Positions 45,739 through 55,961 of a stretch of DNA of 64,000 nucleotides are shown one piece after another. This DNA is from Planctomycetota bacterium (GTDB lineage: Bacteria > Planctomycetota > UBA1135 > UBA2386), in contig JBKAGP010000001.1 in the NCBI GenBank assembly GCA_046290465.1, positions 3,648,001 through 3,712,000 on the forward strand, written 5' to 3'. Below the pieces are notes generated by a model that was not told the origin of the DNA, did not search any database, and was given only the letters and a program-made list of their open reading frames with translations. Every line of letters begins with the position of its first letter. Position 1 is the first letter of the stretch. The position numbers were made by a program, and so were the translations under genes.

Positions 45739-47324
45739 GCCCCCGCTCCGTTGCGCTTCTTGGCCTCGGCGACGAGTTCCTGCAGCCCGGTCGACAGCCC
45801 GGCCAGATCGGTGGCCGCGTTCATCGTGCCGGATGCCCCGGTGGCAGCGTCCTTCGCCGCCTGGGCGACACCGGTCACCGCCGACGCGATCTCCGAACTG
45901 CCCTTCGCCGCCTCGGCGACACTGCGGCTGATCTCGTTGGTCGTCGCGGTCTGCTCCTCGACGGCGCTGGCGATCGTCGCCTGGATGTCGTTGATGCGGC
46001 TGATCACGCCGCTGATCTCCGCGATCGCCGAGACCGCACCCTCGGTGTCGCCCTGGATCGCCTCGATCTTCTGTCCGATGTCCTCGGTGGCGCGCGCCGT
46101 CTCCTTGGCGAGTTCCTTGACCTCGTTGGCGACCACCGCGAAGCCCTTGCCGGCCTCGCCAGCGCGCGCGGCCTCGATCGTCGCGTTGAGCGCGAGCAGG
46201 TTGGTCTGCTGCGCGATCGACGTGATCACCTTGATCACCTTGCCGATCTCGCCGCTGCTGACGCCGAGCTTGTCGATCGTGGTGGTCGTCGAACTGGCAA
46301 CGTCGACGGCGCTGGTCGCGACCTGCGCGGCCTCGTCCGCACTCTTGGCGATCTCGCTGATGCTCGCGTCGAGTTCCTCGATGCCGGTCGCCACGGTCTG
46401 CACGTTGGAGCTGACCTCCTCGGCCGCGCTCGAGACCGTGTCGGCCTGCGACGCCGTCTCCTCAGCCGCACTCGAGACCTGCGTGCTGGTGGCGGCGAGC
46501 CGCTCCGCCGATTCGGTCAGCGAGGTCGCGGTCTCCTCGACGCGCCTCTCGGTCCGCAGCCGCTCGGTGATCACCGACCACGTGATCATCGCACCGAGGT
46601 GATTGCCGTGCTCGTCGTAGACGGGAGTGGCCAACAGATCGAGCGTTTCGGAGCCGAACTGCAGTTCCCAGTTCATGGGCAACTTGTCGGGATCCGCGAT
46701 GATGCCACGCTCTTGGGACGGATTCAGAAGGAACGCGTCGACACTCGAACCGACGACTCGATCGGCCTGCATCGGCAATTGCGACTGCAACTGGCCGAGG
46801 GTCTTCGACGACGCAGTGTTCATGTATTGAACGATGAGCTCGCGGTCGACGAACAGCGTGTTGATCGGCGTGTCTTCGATCATCGAGGCGTAGCGCACGT
46901 TGAGCGCGCGCGCCTCGACCATCTCGGTCACGTCCGCAGCGAACTTCACCACCTTGTACGGACGGCCGTCCTGATCACGAATGGCGTTGTAGCTACCCTG
47001 GACCCAGACCGGCTTCCCGGCCTTGCTGACCCTCTCGAACTCGCCGGTGAAGCTCTCCCCACTCCCGAGCCGCTTCCAGTGGCTGGCGTACTCGGCGCCG
47101 TCCCGCACGTGCTGCGGCACGAACAGGCTGTGGTGCTTCCCGACCACTTCGTTGACGGAGTAGCCAAAGGCAGACAGAAAATTCTCGTTGGCGGCCCTGA
47201 TCGTGCCGTCGAGTTCGAACTCGATTACGGCTTGACTGGCACTGAGAGCAGCCAGCTGGCCGCGCAGGTCCTGGAGTTCGGTTTCGATTTCGTCTTGGAC
47301 GAGCACGGGTGATTCAGCGGTCAT
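45735..47324 (-). CDS. Soluble PAS-PAS methyl-accepting chemoreceptor
   Basis: Two PAS domains, no TM helix, [37 protein letters not shown]. Confidence 0.95.
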   Translation of the reverse strand: MTAESPVLVQDEIETELQDLRGQLAALSASQAVIEFELDGTIRAANENFLSAFGYSVNEVVGKHHSLFVPQHVRDGAEYASHWKRLGSGESFTGEFERVSKAGKPVWVQGSYNAIRDQDGRPYKVVKFAADVTEMVEARALNVRYASMIEDTPINTLFVDRELIVQYMNTASSKTLGQLQSQLPMQADRVVGSSVDAFLLNPSQERGIIADPDKLPMNWELQFGSETLDLLATPVYDEHGNHLGAMITWSVITERLRTERRVEETATSLTESAERLAATSTQVSSAAEETASQADTVSSAAEEVSSNVQTVATGIEELDASISEIAKSADEAAQVATSAVDVASSTTTTIDKLGVSSGEIGKVIKVITSIAQQTNLLALNATIEAARAGEAGKGFAVVANEVKELAKETARATEDIGQKIEAIQGDTEGAVSAIAEISGVISRINDIQATIASAVEEQTATTNEISRSVAEAAKGSSEIASAVTGVAQAAKDAATGASGTMNAATDLAGLSTGLQELVAEAKKRNGAGA

Positions 47325-47818
47325 TGCGGGTTCCTCTTCGCTAGCGTTGTGGTGTGGGGGATGCCCCCCTGGGCCGGCGCAGCACATGCCGCGTCGAAAT
47401 CGAGCACCTGCTCAACATCGAGCAGGAGCAGTAGGTCGTCTGCGAGCTGGTGGATGCCTCGAACGAGGTCACGCGTCGGCCCAGCCAACGTCGGCGGCGG
47501 CTCCTCGATCTGATCAGCGTCGATCTCGAGGACATCTCCGATCTCATCCACGAGCAGGCTCGTGATGCCGCCGTCGACTCGGACGACGACGTTCATGGCT
47601 TCGCTCGCCCCCGTGGCAGCCGCATCGCCGAAGCGAACGCGCAGATCGATCGCAGTGACGATCTGTCCGCGCAGATTGATCAGGCCGGCCACCGCCGCGG
47701 AAGCATGCGGCACGCGGGTCATCTCTTGCCAGCGCAGGACTTCCTGGACGCGCTCGACCTCGACGCCGAGCAGCTGCGACCCGAGGCGGAACGTGCAGAG
47801 TTGGACAACGTGACTCAT
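47321..47818 (-). CDS. cheW: CheW
   Basis: VQEVL, TRVPHA...[24 protein letters not shown]. Confidence 0.95.
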   Translation of the reverse strand: MSHVVQLCTFRLGSQLLGVEVERVQEVLRWQEMTRVPHASAAVAGLINLRGQIVTAIDLRVRFGDAAATGASEAMNVVVRVDGGITSLLVDEIGDVLEIDADQIEEPPPTLAGPTRDLVRGIHQLADDLLLLLDVEQVLDFDAACAAPAQGGIPHTTTLAKRNPQ

Positions 47819-49965
47819 CGCACCACCTCCTCAACCGCTACGGAAGGGACCGAAGCAACCTCCGACGAATGCTGCAGCGCGACCAAGTGATCCACGTCCA
47901 GGAGATCGGTAACGCGACCCTGCAGGGTCGCAGCGCCACGTAGCCACGGCGCCCCTGCGGAACGCCCGACTTCGACGTCTTCCTCGACGATGTCGAGGAT
48001 CTCGTCGACAGCGAGGCCAGCGCTGCGCCCGTCATGGTCGCGGACGACCACCAGCGGCAACTGCCGAGCCGGGTCCGCTGGAGCCCCATCATCGAAGAGG
48101 CGCGACACCCTCACGATCGGCATGATCTCTCCTCGGTACTGAAGCACCTCGCTACCGCCCGCACGCTCGACCTCGTCTGCACCGAGTTCCTCGAGACGTG
48201 CGACCGACGACAATTCGAGCGCGACACGCCTGCCGGCTACGCCCAGCAACAGCCAAGAGGACTTGGCGCGAGATACCGCCTCAGCTTCGGCTACGAGCTG
48301 CCGCGCGCTGGCGCCGCCCTCGCCGAACAACCCGGTCTGCTGCGCAAGCCCGAGCACGTCGAGAATCAGCGCGACCCGTCCGTCGCCCATGATCGCAGCC
48401 CCCGCGAACGCGCGGATGCCGTGCAGCTGTCGTCCGAGCGGTTTCACGACGATCTCCTCGGTATCGAGGATCGACTCGACCACGAGCCCGAACTGGCGGC
48501 CGTCGGCCTGCAGGACGACGAGGTTGGAACAACCCGCGTTGCCGTCGCCATCGCCGTCACCGTCGCCGGCCCAGCCGAGTTCTTCGTCCAGGTGGGCCAG
48601 CGGCAGCAGCTCGCCGCGCAGCCGGTGCACGGGCGCACCGTTGATGTACTCAACCCCACGGCCGCTCTGCGACGCGTCGAGTCGGACCAGTTCGAGCAGG
48701 TTCGCCTGCGGAATCGCGAAGCGGTTGCCGCGACTGGTGACGATCAACGCCGGCACGATCGCGAGCGTCAGTGGGATCTTGATGCGCAGCGTGGTGCCCT
48801 TGCCGACCGAGCTGTGCACGTCGAGCGTGCCACCGATGGCCTCGATGTTGGTCTTGACCACGTCCATGCCGACCCCGCGACCGGAGACGGCCGTCACCTG
48901 CTCGGCGGTCGAAAAGCCCGGCTGCATGATCAACTGCAGCGTTTCGCGTTCGGACAGCGTCGCCGCCGCGTCCATGGTCAGCAGCCCATTGGCTACCGCC
49001 TTGGCCCGCACCTTCTCGGGGTCGATGCCGCGGCCGTCGTCACTGATCTCGATGTTGACCTGCCCGCCCTCATGGAACGCGCGTAGCCGCAGGTGTCCAG
49101 CGACCGACTTGCCGGCAGCCTCACGACTCGCCGGGTCCTCGATACCGTGGTCGACGGCGTTGCGCACCGCGTGCGTCAGCGGGTCGCGGATGGTCTCGAT
49201 GATGGCCTTGTCGAGTTCGGTTTCGTGGCCGGTCATCTCGAGTTCGACGCGCTTGCCGAGGCCCGTGGCCAGATCACGAACGACCCGGGGCAGCTTGGTC
49301 CAGGCGCTGCCGACCTGCTGCATGCGCGTCTTCATGACGCCTTCCTGCAGTTCGGTCGTCACCAGGTTGAGCCGCTGGCAGGTCCCGAGCAGGCCCGAGT
49401 CCTCGAGCTGGTCGGTCGCCTGCAGGATCTGGTTGCGGGCCAGCACCAGCTCGCCGACCAGATTCATCAGCTGGTCGAGCAGGCCGACGTCGACGCGCAG
49501 TGCGCTGGAGGCCGCGCCGACGGTGCTGGTACCGGCACCGACCGACCGTGCAGCCGCAGCACCGGCCTCGAGGCGAGGAGGGTCCTCGACCAGCGCCTTG
49601 AGGGTGGCGAGCAGTTCTGCATGATCTTCGCCGCCTTCGTTCTGGTCGCGCTCGACGTGTCCGAGGATCGCGCGGATCGCGTCGGCCATGCCGAGCAGGG
49701 CGTCGGTGACCTCGGTGGTCACGTCGCAACGACCGTCGCGGAGCAGGCTCAGCAGGCTCTCACCGCGGTGCGCAACCTCGCCGAGCCGATCGAGCGACAG
49801 GAAGCTGCTCGACCCCTTGATGGTGTGGACCGTCCGGAAGATCTGGGCGATCACCTCCTTGCAACCCGGCTCCTGTTCCAGGGTGACGAGGTCGCGATCC
49901 AGCTGGTCGATGCCCTCGAGCGTCTCGACCAGGAACTCAGCCAGGATGTCGTCAGTGTCTTCCAT
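47815..49965 (-). CDS. cheA: CheA histidine kinase (no P2 domain, two CheW-like domains)
   Basis: FRTVHTIKG, LDQLMNLVGELVLARNQ, RNAVDHGIE, DDGRGID, VSGRGVGMDVV, PLTLAI. GAGGAGG RBS. Confidence 0.95.
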   Translation of the reverse strand: MEDTDDILAEFLVETLEGIDQLDRDLVTLEQEPGCKEVIAQIFRTVHTIKGSSSFLSLDRLGEVAHRGESLLSLLRDGRCDVTTEVTDALLGMADAIRAILGHVERDQNEGGEDHAELLATLKALVEDPPRLEAGAAAARSVGAGTSTVGAASSALRVDVGLLDQLMNLVGELVLARNQILQATDQLEDSGLLGTCQRLNLVTTELQEGVMKTRMQQVGSAWTKLPRVVRDLATGLGKRVELEMTGHETELDKAIIETIRDPLTHAVRNAVDHGIEDPASREAAGKSVAGHLRLRAFHEGGQVNIEISDDGRGIDPEKVRAKAVANGLLTMDAAATLSERETLQLIMQPGFSTAEQVTAVSGRGVGMDVVKTNIEAIGGTLDVHSSVGKGTTLRIKIPLTLAIVPALIVTSRGNRFAIPQANLLELVRLDASQSGRGVEYINGAPVHRLRGELLPLAHLDEELGWAGDGDGDGDGNAGCSNLVVLQADGRQFGLVVESILDTEEIVVKPLGRQLHGIRAFAGAAIMGDGRVALILDVLGLAQQTGLFGEGGASARQLVAEAEAVSRAKSSWLLLGVAGRRVALELSSVARLEELGADEVERAGGSEVLQYRGEIMPIVRVSRLFDDGAPADPARQLPLVVVRDHDGRSAGLAVDEILDIVEEDVEVGRSAGAPWLRGAATLQGRVTDLLDVDHLVALQHSSEVASVPSVAVEEVVR

Positions 49966-50062
49966 GCAGCCTCCTCGCGACGTCGCGCAGCCAGGCGCAA
50001 CTCGCAAGGAGCTTCTCGGAATGACGCATTGCGTGCTGCATAGCCGACTTCGCTAGCGCGCG

Positions 50063-50135
50063 GCGCTAGCACGCGCGGCTACCCCCAGGCCGTAACAGGC
50101 CCGTCTAGCCGTTCGCGCTAGCACGGATCGCTACC
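50063..50135. promoter_or_regulatory. Direct repeat GCGCTAGCACG-N4-GCTACC x2, candidate regulator sites
   Basis: Copies at 50063 and 50115 (52 bp apart) in the divergent cheA/regulator intergenic region. Confidence 0.5.
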
Positions 50136-50228
50136 AGCACGAGACGCGGTTGCGACCGAAGAGTCGGACCCGGGCGAAGCCCATCGTGTATCGTGCTCGC
50201 TCTCGCCCGGCCGCTCCTCCCCTCGCCG

Positions 50229-50969
50229 ATGAACGCCTACGCCGAAGACCGCTCCGACGAATGCAACGCCGGCTCTCGCCGCCGTCCTGTCCCGGGACTG
50301 CCGCAGGCCTGGTCGGCGCTCGGGTCGACCAACGACCTGGGGCGCCCCGTCGTGCACGTCGTCGACGACGACGAGAACCTGCGCAAGGCCCTGGCAGGGG
50401 CGCTGGCGAGCTACTACTGCGACGTCCAGGTGCACGAACACGCCGAGGCGTTCCTCGACCGGTTCGAGCCGCGCGCGCCGCAAGGCCTGGTGCTGGACCT
50501 GGGCCTGCCGGGCATGAACGGCATCCAGCTGCTCGCGACGCTCAAGCAGCGCAACACGGTCCTGCCGACGATCGTGCTCAGCAGCAACGACGACGTCGAG
50601 AGCGTCGTGCGTGCGATTCAGGGCGGGGCGCTCGACTTCCTGCCCAAACCGCCACAGAGCGAACAGCTCGCCAAGGCGATCGAACAGCTGCTGCAGCGAG
50701 CGCCGCAGTTCGCCGTCGAGCACCGGATCGCGACCCAGTTCGACGCCTGCGTCGCCCGACTCACCCCTCGCGAGCTGCAGGTCTACGACCTGCTGGCCGC
50801 CGGTGCGACGCCAAAGCAGGTCGCGGTCGACCTCGGGCTGCGGCCGCGCACGGCGCACATCCACTGCTCGAACGTGCTCACCAAGTTCCACCTCGACACG
50901 CCGGGTGACCTGCTGCTGCTACGCGCGCGACTTGCGGGCGGCCCGATGGGCGACGTCCGCGGCAGCTGA
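50229..50969 (+). CDS. FixJ/LuxR-family response regulator
   Basis: VHVVDDD, LDLGLPGMNG, GALDFLPKP, LTPRELQV..LLAAG. Start uncertain. Confidence 0.9.
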   Translation: MNAYAEDRSDECNAGSRRRPVPGLPQAWSALGSTNDLGRPVVHVVDDDENLRKALAGALASYYCDVQVHEHAEAFLDRFEPRAPQGLVLDLGLPGMNGIQLLATLKQRNTVLPTIVLSSNDDVESVVRAIQGGALDFLPKPPQSEQLAKAIEQLLQRAPQFAVEHRIATQFDACVARLTPRELQVYDLLAAGATPKQVAVDLGLRPRTAHIHCSNVLTKFHLDTPGDLLLLRARLAGGPMGDVRGS

Positions 50970-53900
50970 GTCGACGCGCTGCGACGAGCGCGGCAGCGAC
51001 AGCTGCACGCACGTGCCACCGGCAGCGCCGGACGTGATCCAGAGGCGCCCGCCCATGGCTCGCAACGCCTGCCTGGACACCCACAGGCCGATGCCGTTCT
51101 GCGCCTCGCCGTTCTGCGGCTCGTTGTGCGCCTTGCCGCCGGGCAGGAACACGTAGTCCCAGTCCTCCGGTCGGATCCCCGACCCCTCGTCCTCGATCTG
51201 CATGCGCACGCTGTCGTCGTCGACGTCGACCAGGACACCGACGCGGCTGCCGTTGGCGGTGTACTTGAGCGCATTGCCGACGATGTTCTGGACGGCGCGG
51301 GCGAACCAGACCTCGTCGACCTCGGCGACCGCCACGCCCGGCTCTGGACCGCTGCAGACGAGTTCGATGTCGCGCTCGTCGGCGCGCGGACGCAGCGCGC
51401 TGACCACCCCGTCGACGATCGCGTGCACGTCGTGTGGCTTGCGCTCGACGAGGTCCGGCGAACGCATCTGGTCGACCGCCCGGATCAGGCTCTCGGTCGC
51501 CTGCGACAGGTCCTCGATCTTGGGATCGGGCGCGCGATCGCCCTGCAGCTGCGCGATCCCGAGACGCAACGCGGTCAAAGGACCGCGCAGATCGTGCAGT
51601 CCGGCCTCGAGCGACATGCCCGACCGCACGCAGTAGCTCTGCAGCCGCGTCACCCACGCGTGCCTCGACACCGCCGCGCGCACCGGCTCCATCGCGCGAC
51701 GCAGCCGCACCAGCGCTTGCTGCGACCAGCCATCGTCCTTGCGCAGGATCACGTGGAAGGACCACTCGTCGCCCGCGAACTCGACCGCGAGGTCGGTGCC
51801 GGCACCGTGCTCGTGCGCGCGCATGCCGGGGCCGACCAGGCGCCCCTGCGCCTCGGCCTCGTCGAGCCAACGACCGGCCTCGGCGCCGGCGACACCGCTG
51901 GCCGACAGCAGCGTGCGCGCCCCCCCGCGCAGGCACAGCCACACCGCACGGCTCGAGGTGCTCGAGGTGCTCGCGTCGGCCTCGATGGCGGCCAGCACCA
52001 GGAACGCGATGTCGAGCACGCCGTCGGAGTCCGGACCGAGCGACTCGGCCAGCTCGGCCGCTTCCCGGAAGCTCGGCTGTGGGCGATGGCGCCGGGCGAA
52101 GGCGGCGGTGGCGAAGGCGGCGGTGGCGAACGCGGCGAACGCCGACAACCCAAGGATCCACCACCCCCAGCTGATCCCCGGGAGCTGCACGCGGACGACG
52201 CCGAGATCGACCGACCGATACGCCTCCGTCGCCTCCCGGAAGCGCGCCAGGACGGTGTAGTCCCCACCGACCAGGGGTTCGAACGCGCCGTCGGCGCCCG
52301 CCAGCAGTTCGCCCGAGCCGTGCCTGCGAGCCACGATTTCGAACGGCACGGCCGTGTCGCGGGTGCGGTCGACGAGTTGCACCCCGACGCGGAACGAACG
52401 CCCGTTCACGATCGCAGGTGCAGCGTCACAGATCGCCTGCCGCACGCCCGGCCGGTCCGAGTCGACCAACCAGCTGCGCGCGATGCGGGCCCGCTCCGCC
52501 GACCGCAGGCTCGCCTTCGGCCGCAGCCGCGTGTAGCCGCCGTGGCCTCCGAACAGCAGCCCCCCGTCCGCGCAGTTGGCGGACGCCAGATAGGAGTAGC
52601 CCATCGGGTGCGCCCCCTGGCTGACGGTCAGACGCCGCGAGACCCCGCCCGCGAAGCTCGTCAACGACGCGGTCCTGGCGATCCAAAGGCCCCCGGCCGC
52701 GTCGACCGCGAGGGACCGGAACGGGCCGACGCCGCCGACGGACAATCGTTCGGCGCCACCATCGACGACGCGCCAGTAGTCGTGGATCGTCGCCAGGTGC
52801 GGGACGCCGGCCACCGCGACGAAGCCCAGCACGCTCTGGTCCATCGCTTCGTGCACGAAGCCGTCCCGCGCCGGAGCCAGCCGGAACAGACCGCCGCTGT
52901 AGGTCGCGAGCCACAGCTCGCCAGAGACCTTCGCGAAGCTCCGCGGCAGCGCCCCGACCTGCTCGTCCACCCTGCGCAACGGCAGGAACTCGACCGTGCC
53001 GTCCGGGTTCTCGCGCCAGACCTCGTTGTTGGTGCAGCCGTACAGGCTCCCTTCGTGATCCAGGACCTTCCGGCTCCCGCTGAGGGCGTCGCCGCCGACG
53101 CGGCTCCAGCGCTCTCGACCGAGGCGCCAGACACCGGTGCTGTAGGCCGACACGATCAGGCGCCCATTGGCGTCGCTGGTGATCGTGCTGATGATGCGCA
53201 GCCCGGCCGGCGCCGACACGGCGTGCCACTCTTCGGCGGAGTTCGACGCGCGACGCAGCAGCTGGCCCCGCGCGGTGCCGATCCACACCGCACCGTCGGG
53301 CGCCTCGTGGATCGCGCTGATCCGCTCGTCGTGGTCGAGCTGCCGGATCATGATGTTCTGCACGCCGTCGGTGATGCAGAGGCGCATCGCCCCGAGTTCG
53401 TGGCCGAGCCACAGCAAACCCTGCTTGTCGACCGCCAACGCCTGCGTCGAGATCTCGCGGATCCGCTCGCGATCGCGGAACAGCTGCACGCGGCGCACGG
53501 GTCCGCCGGGTCGCGCGAGCCAGTAGAGCCCGTCGATCGCGCGCAGCCACAGACCGCCGTGATGGGGCAGCACCTGCATGATCCGCAACCCTTCGGCCAG
53601 CCAGACGAAGTCGCCATCGCGGTCGACGCGCCCGACTCCCCCTGCGTTGCAGAAGATCAACGCGCCGTCGTGCTCGACCGCGTAGACGACGTGCATGTCG
53701 GCGACCTTGTGGATCGGCCCGACGTCGCCGACGCCGTACCACAGCTCGTTTTGGTCCCAGATCCAGCGGCCGTTCGCGCCGATCGCCATGCCGCGAACGG
53801 CTGCCCGACCGGGCAGGCCGTGCTCCTCGAACCGGCCGTGCGACAGCGAGTGCAGCACCCCGCCGTCCCCGCGCACCCACGGCACGCCGTCGACTCCGAC

Positions 53901-54254
53901 GTCGAGGTCGGTCACCCGCCACCCGGAGGTCCCGGACACACGACGCATCTCGCGGCCGCCGGGCGCAATCCGGTAGAGCCCGTCGATGAGGCCCACCAGC
54001 AGGCCGCCGTCGTCCGTCGCGGCCAGGTCCATGACGCGCTGCCGTTCACCGACGGCCTCGGGCAGGCTGATCTCGTGGATCTGCTGGCCGTCGTGCAACC
54101 ACAGACCTGCGGTGCCCCCGAGCCACAGCCGACCCGATGCATCCTCACAGATCGCCTTGACGCGAGAGTCGACGATCCCAGGCACAGGCACGACCTCGAT
54201 GGCGAGGTCCTGCGCAGGGATCACTACGGCCAGGCAGACCGCCGGCCAGAGCAT
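50919..54254 (-). CDS. Sensor histidine kinase with extracytoplasmic beta-propeller
   Basis: Signal peptide, D..G.LWLG repeats, TM, H box LHDLRGPL, N box GNALKY, DEGSGI, GIGL. Confidence 0.88.
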   Translation of the reverse strand: MLWPAVCLAVVIPAQDLAIEVVPVPGIVDSRVKAICEDASGRLWLGGTAGLWLHDGQQIHEISLPEAVGERQRVMDLAATDDGGLLVGLIDGLYRIAPGGREMRRVSGTSGWRVTDLDVGVDGVPWVRGDGGVLHSLSHGRFEEHGLPGRAAVRGMAIGANGRWIWDQNELWYGVGDVGPIHKVADMHVVYAVEHDGALIFCNAGGVGRVDRDGDFVWLAEGLRIMQVLPHHGGLWLRAIDGLYWLARPGGPVRRVQLFRDRERIREISTQALAVDKQGLLWLGHELGAMRLCITDGVQNIMIRQLDHDERISAIHEAPDGAVWIGTARGQLLRRASNSAEEWHAVSAPAGLRIISTITSDANGRLIVSAYSTGVWRLGRERWSRVGGDALSGSRKVLDHEGSLYGCTNNEVWRENPDGTVEFLPLRRVDEQVGALPRSFAKVSGELWLATYSGGLFRLAPARDGFVHEAMDQSVLGFVAVAGVPHLATIHDYWRVVDGGAERLSVGGVGPFRSLAVDAAGGLWIARTASLTSFAGGVSRRLTVSQGAHPMGYSYLASANCADGGLLFGGHGGYTRLRPKASLRSAERARIARSWLVDSDRPGVRQAICDAAPAIVNGRSFRVGVQLVDRTRDTAVPFEIVARRHGSGELLAGADGAFEPLVGGDYTVLARFREATEAYRSVDLGVVRVQLPGISWGWWILGLSAFAAFATAAFATAAFARRHRPQPSFREAAELAESLGPDSDGVLDIAFLVLAAIEADASTSSTSSRAVWLCLRGGARTLLSASGVAGAEAGRWLDEAEAQGRLVGPGMRAHEHGAGTDLAVEFAGDEWSFHVILRKDDGWSQQALVRLRRAMEPVRAAVSRHAWVTRLQSYCVRSGMSLEAGLHDLRGPLTALRLGIAQLQGDRAPDPKIEDLSQATESLIRAVDQMRSPDLVERKPHDVHAIVDGVVSALRPRADERDIELVCSGPEPGVAVAEVDEVWFARAVQNIVGNALKYTANGSRVGVLVDVDDDSVRMQIEDEGSGIRPEDWDYVFLPGGKAHNEPQNGEAQNGIGLWVSRQALRAMGGRLWITSGAAGGTCVQLSLPRSSQRVDSAAADVAHRAARKSRA

Positions 54255-54393
54255 GGGAAGCGAGTGCAAGGATGAGACGTGCAGGGTCAGCCAGCGGAGC
54301 GCCAGCGACACCGTGAGCAGCGGCGTCTCAGAACGCCCCACTTTCCAACCGCGTAGACTATTGCCGTTCCGGCACGCCACAAGTAGCAAAATG

Positions 54394-54482
54394 CGCTAGC
54401 GGGCAAAGCCCCGTCCGCACGCTTACACGCCGCTTTCGCGATCACGGTTGGCAGCGCGTCCACTACATGGACGCGCTCCTAG
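54394..54482 (-). repeat. Dispersed 89-bp element, copy B
   Basis: Reverse complement matches 7159-7247 at 83/89 positions. Confidence 0.9.
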
Positions 54483-54509
54483 GGACGCCCCAGCTGGAAC
54501 GCACCCGGA

Positions 54510-55961
54510 CTACCGGATCGGGATGCGGGTGCGCGGAGCGACCTGCGCGCGCCAGTTACGGATGTCCTCGAAGGCGGAGCGCAGCTCCAACAGATTGCGG
54601 GCAACGCGGTTCACGATGGCTTGGTGCTCCATATCGATCAGGTCGTCCACCGGATCGAGCAGCTGCTGCACCAGCTCGGTGGCCTTCGTGATCGCCCTGC
54701 CGCGCAGGTGCTCGTAGGTCGGCATCGCGTGGATCAGCTGGCTCTTCAGCATCGCCTGATCGGCCCACTCGACCAGCAGGTCAGGCTGGAGGCGTGTGCG
54801 CATCGACAGCTCGATCAGGTCCGCAGAGGCCAGCGAGTGCACGTCGTCGATGCCCTCCTCCTGCAGCCGCGCTTCGTTCCAGAGGCTGAGGCCGTCGAGC
54901 TTGCTGAGGCTCGCGTCGGCCTTCGACTGCCCGCCACCGCGCTGCGTGAGGCGATAGTAGAGCGAGGTCAGCAGGTGCAGGAGATGGTTGGGGAAGACCC
55001 CGACCAACAGCGCCGTCGCCAAGGTCCCGAACGGCGCCGAGGTGCCGAGCTCATCGAAGTCGAGGAACACCAGGACGACCGAACCGAGCATGGCGAACAC
55101 CAACTGCTTGGTCGCCGCCATGCACGCCTGGACGTTGAGGTCGTGCCGGATCCACCGGGTGACCATGGTCACCAGGATGTAGATGTAGGCGCCGATGAAG
55201 GCTGCGTTGAACAGCGTCGGCTGCGGTCGCAGCGGCGAGCGCTCCAGAGCCTGACCGAGCGGCGGGTACACCAGCGTCCAGCCGATCGCCATCAACATGA
55301 CCATCGCGATCAGGTGCACGAGCATCGGCCTCGGCATCGCCCGCAGCACGCCGTGTTGCGGATCCTCGGCGAGGCTGTCCGACTGTTCGGCCGTGCCTGC
55401 AAAGACGTCCCCGATCAGTTTGGAGCGGTTGGGCAGGGTTCCGTGGATCGCCTCGAACTGCTGCAGGTACGACTCCATGCGTCGCTTGCTGGCACGCAGC
55501 ATCATCGGCGTCGTGATCAGCTGGAATCGCCGGAACGCGACGATGAGTTCGTTGAGCGCACTGCGCCTACGGGTCGCTGCCGACGAGTAGTACAGCACCC
55601 CGGGCAAGGCGGTCAGCGAACAGGCGAACAGCGCCCGCAGGAACATCTGCGACCACGCTCCCTGCACGAGCGGTGGCACCTGCACCAGCAGGAGCAAGAT
55701 CGGCACCGCCCCGAGACAGGTCACCAGGACGAGGTTCTGTGCGTCTGCGGACAGGCTGAGCAGCCACGCCCGGATGTCGCTCGCGAACGCCGCGCCGAGC
55801 AGCACGATCGCCGCCAGCACGAGCAGCAACCACTGCTCGCGCAGGTCCAGCGGATCGACCTCGACCGCCAACGCGTAGATGCCGGCACACAGGACGAGCA
55901 GCACCAGCCCCCACACCAGCAGGCGGGGCCACACCAGCACGGATGGCGCGCCGACCGTCAT
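54510..55961 (-). CDS. Multi-pass membrane protein with C-terminal HhH-like cytoplasmic domain
   Basis: About 8 hydrophobic helices, then LSKLDGLSLWNEARLQEEGIDDVHSLASAD. Confidence 0.8.
   Translation of the reverse strand: MTVGAPSVLVWPRLLVWGLVLLVLCAGIYALAVEVDPLDLREQWLLLVLAAIVLLGAAFASDIRAWLLSLSADAQNLVLVTCLGAVPILLLLVQVPPLVQGAWSQMFLRALFACSLTALPGVLYYSSAATRRRSALNELIVAFRRFQLITTPMMLRASKRRMESYLQQFEAIHGTLPNRSKLIGDVFAGTAEQSDSLAEDPQHGVLRAMPRPMLVHLIAMVMLMAIGWTLVYPPLGQALERSPLRPQPTLFNAAFIGAYIYILVTMVTRWIRHDLNVQACMAATKQLVFAMLGSVVLVFLDFDELGTSAPFGTLATALLVGVFPNHLLHLLTSLYYRLTQRGGGQSKADASLSKLDGLSLWNEARLQEEGIDDVHSLASADLIELSMRTRLQPDLLVEWADQAMLKSQLIHAMPTYEHLRGRAITKATELVQQLLDPVDDLIDMEHQAIVNRVARNLLELRSAFEDIRNWRAQVAPRTRIPIR

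Noticed and set aside
52095..52142. AAFAT x3 repeat in the kinase TM segment, and QTQ repeats in HipA (about 21900-21950)
   Set aside because: These are small in-frame slippage duplications with no evident functional signal.
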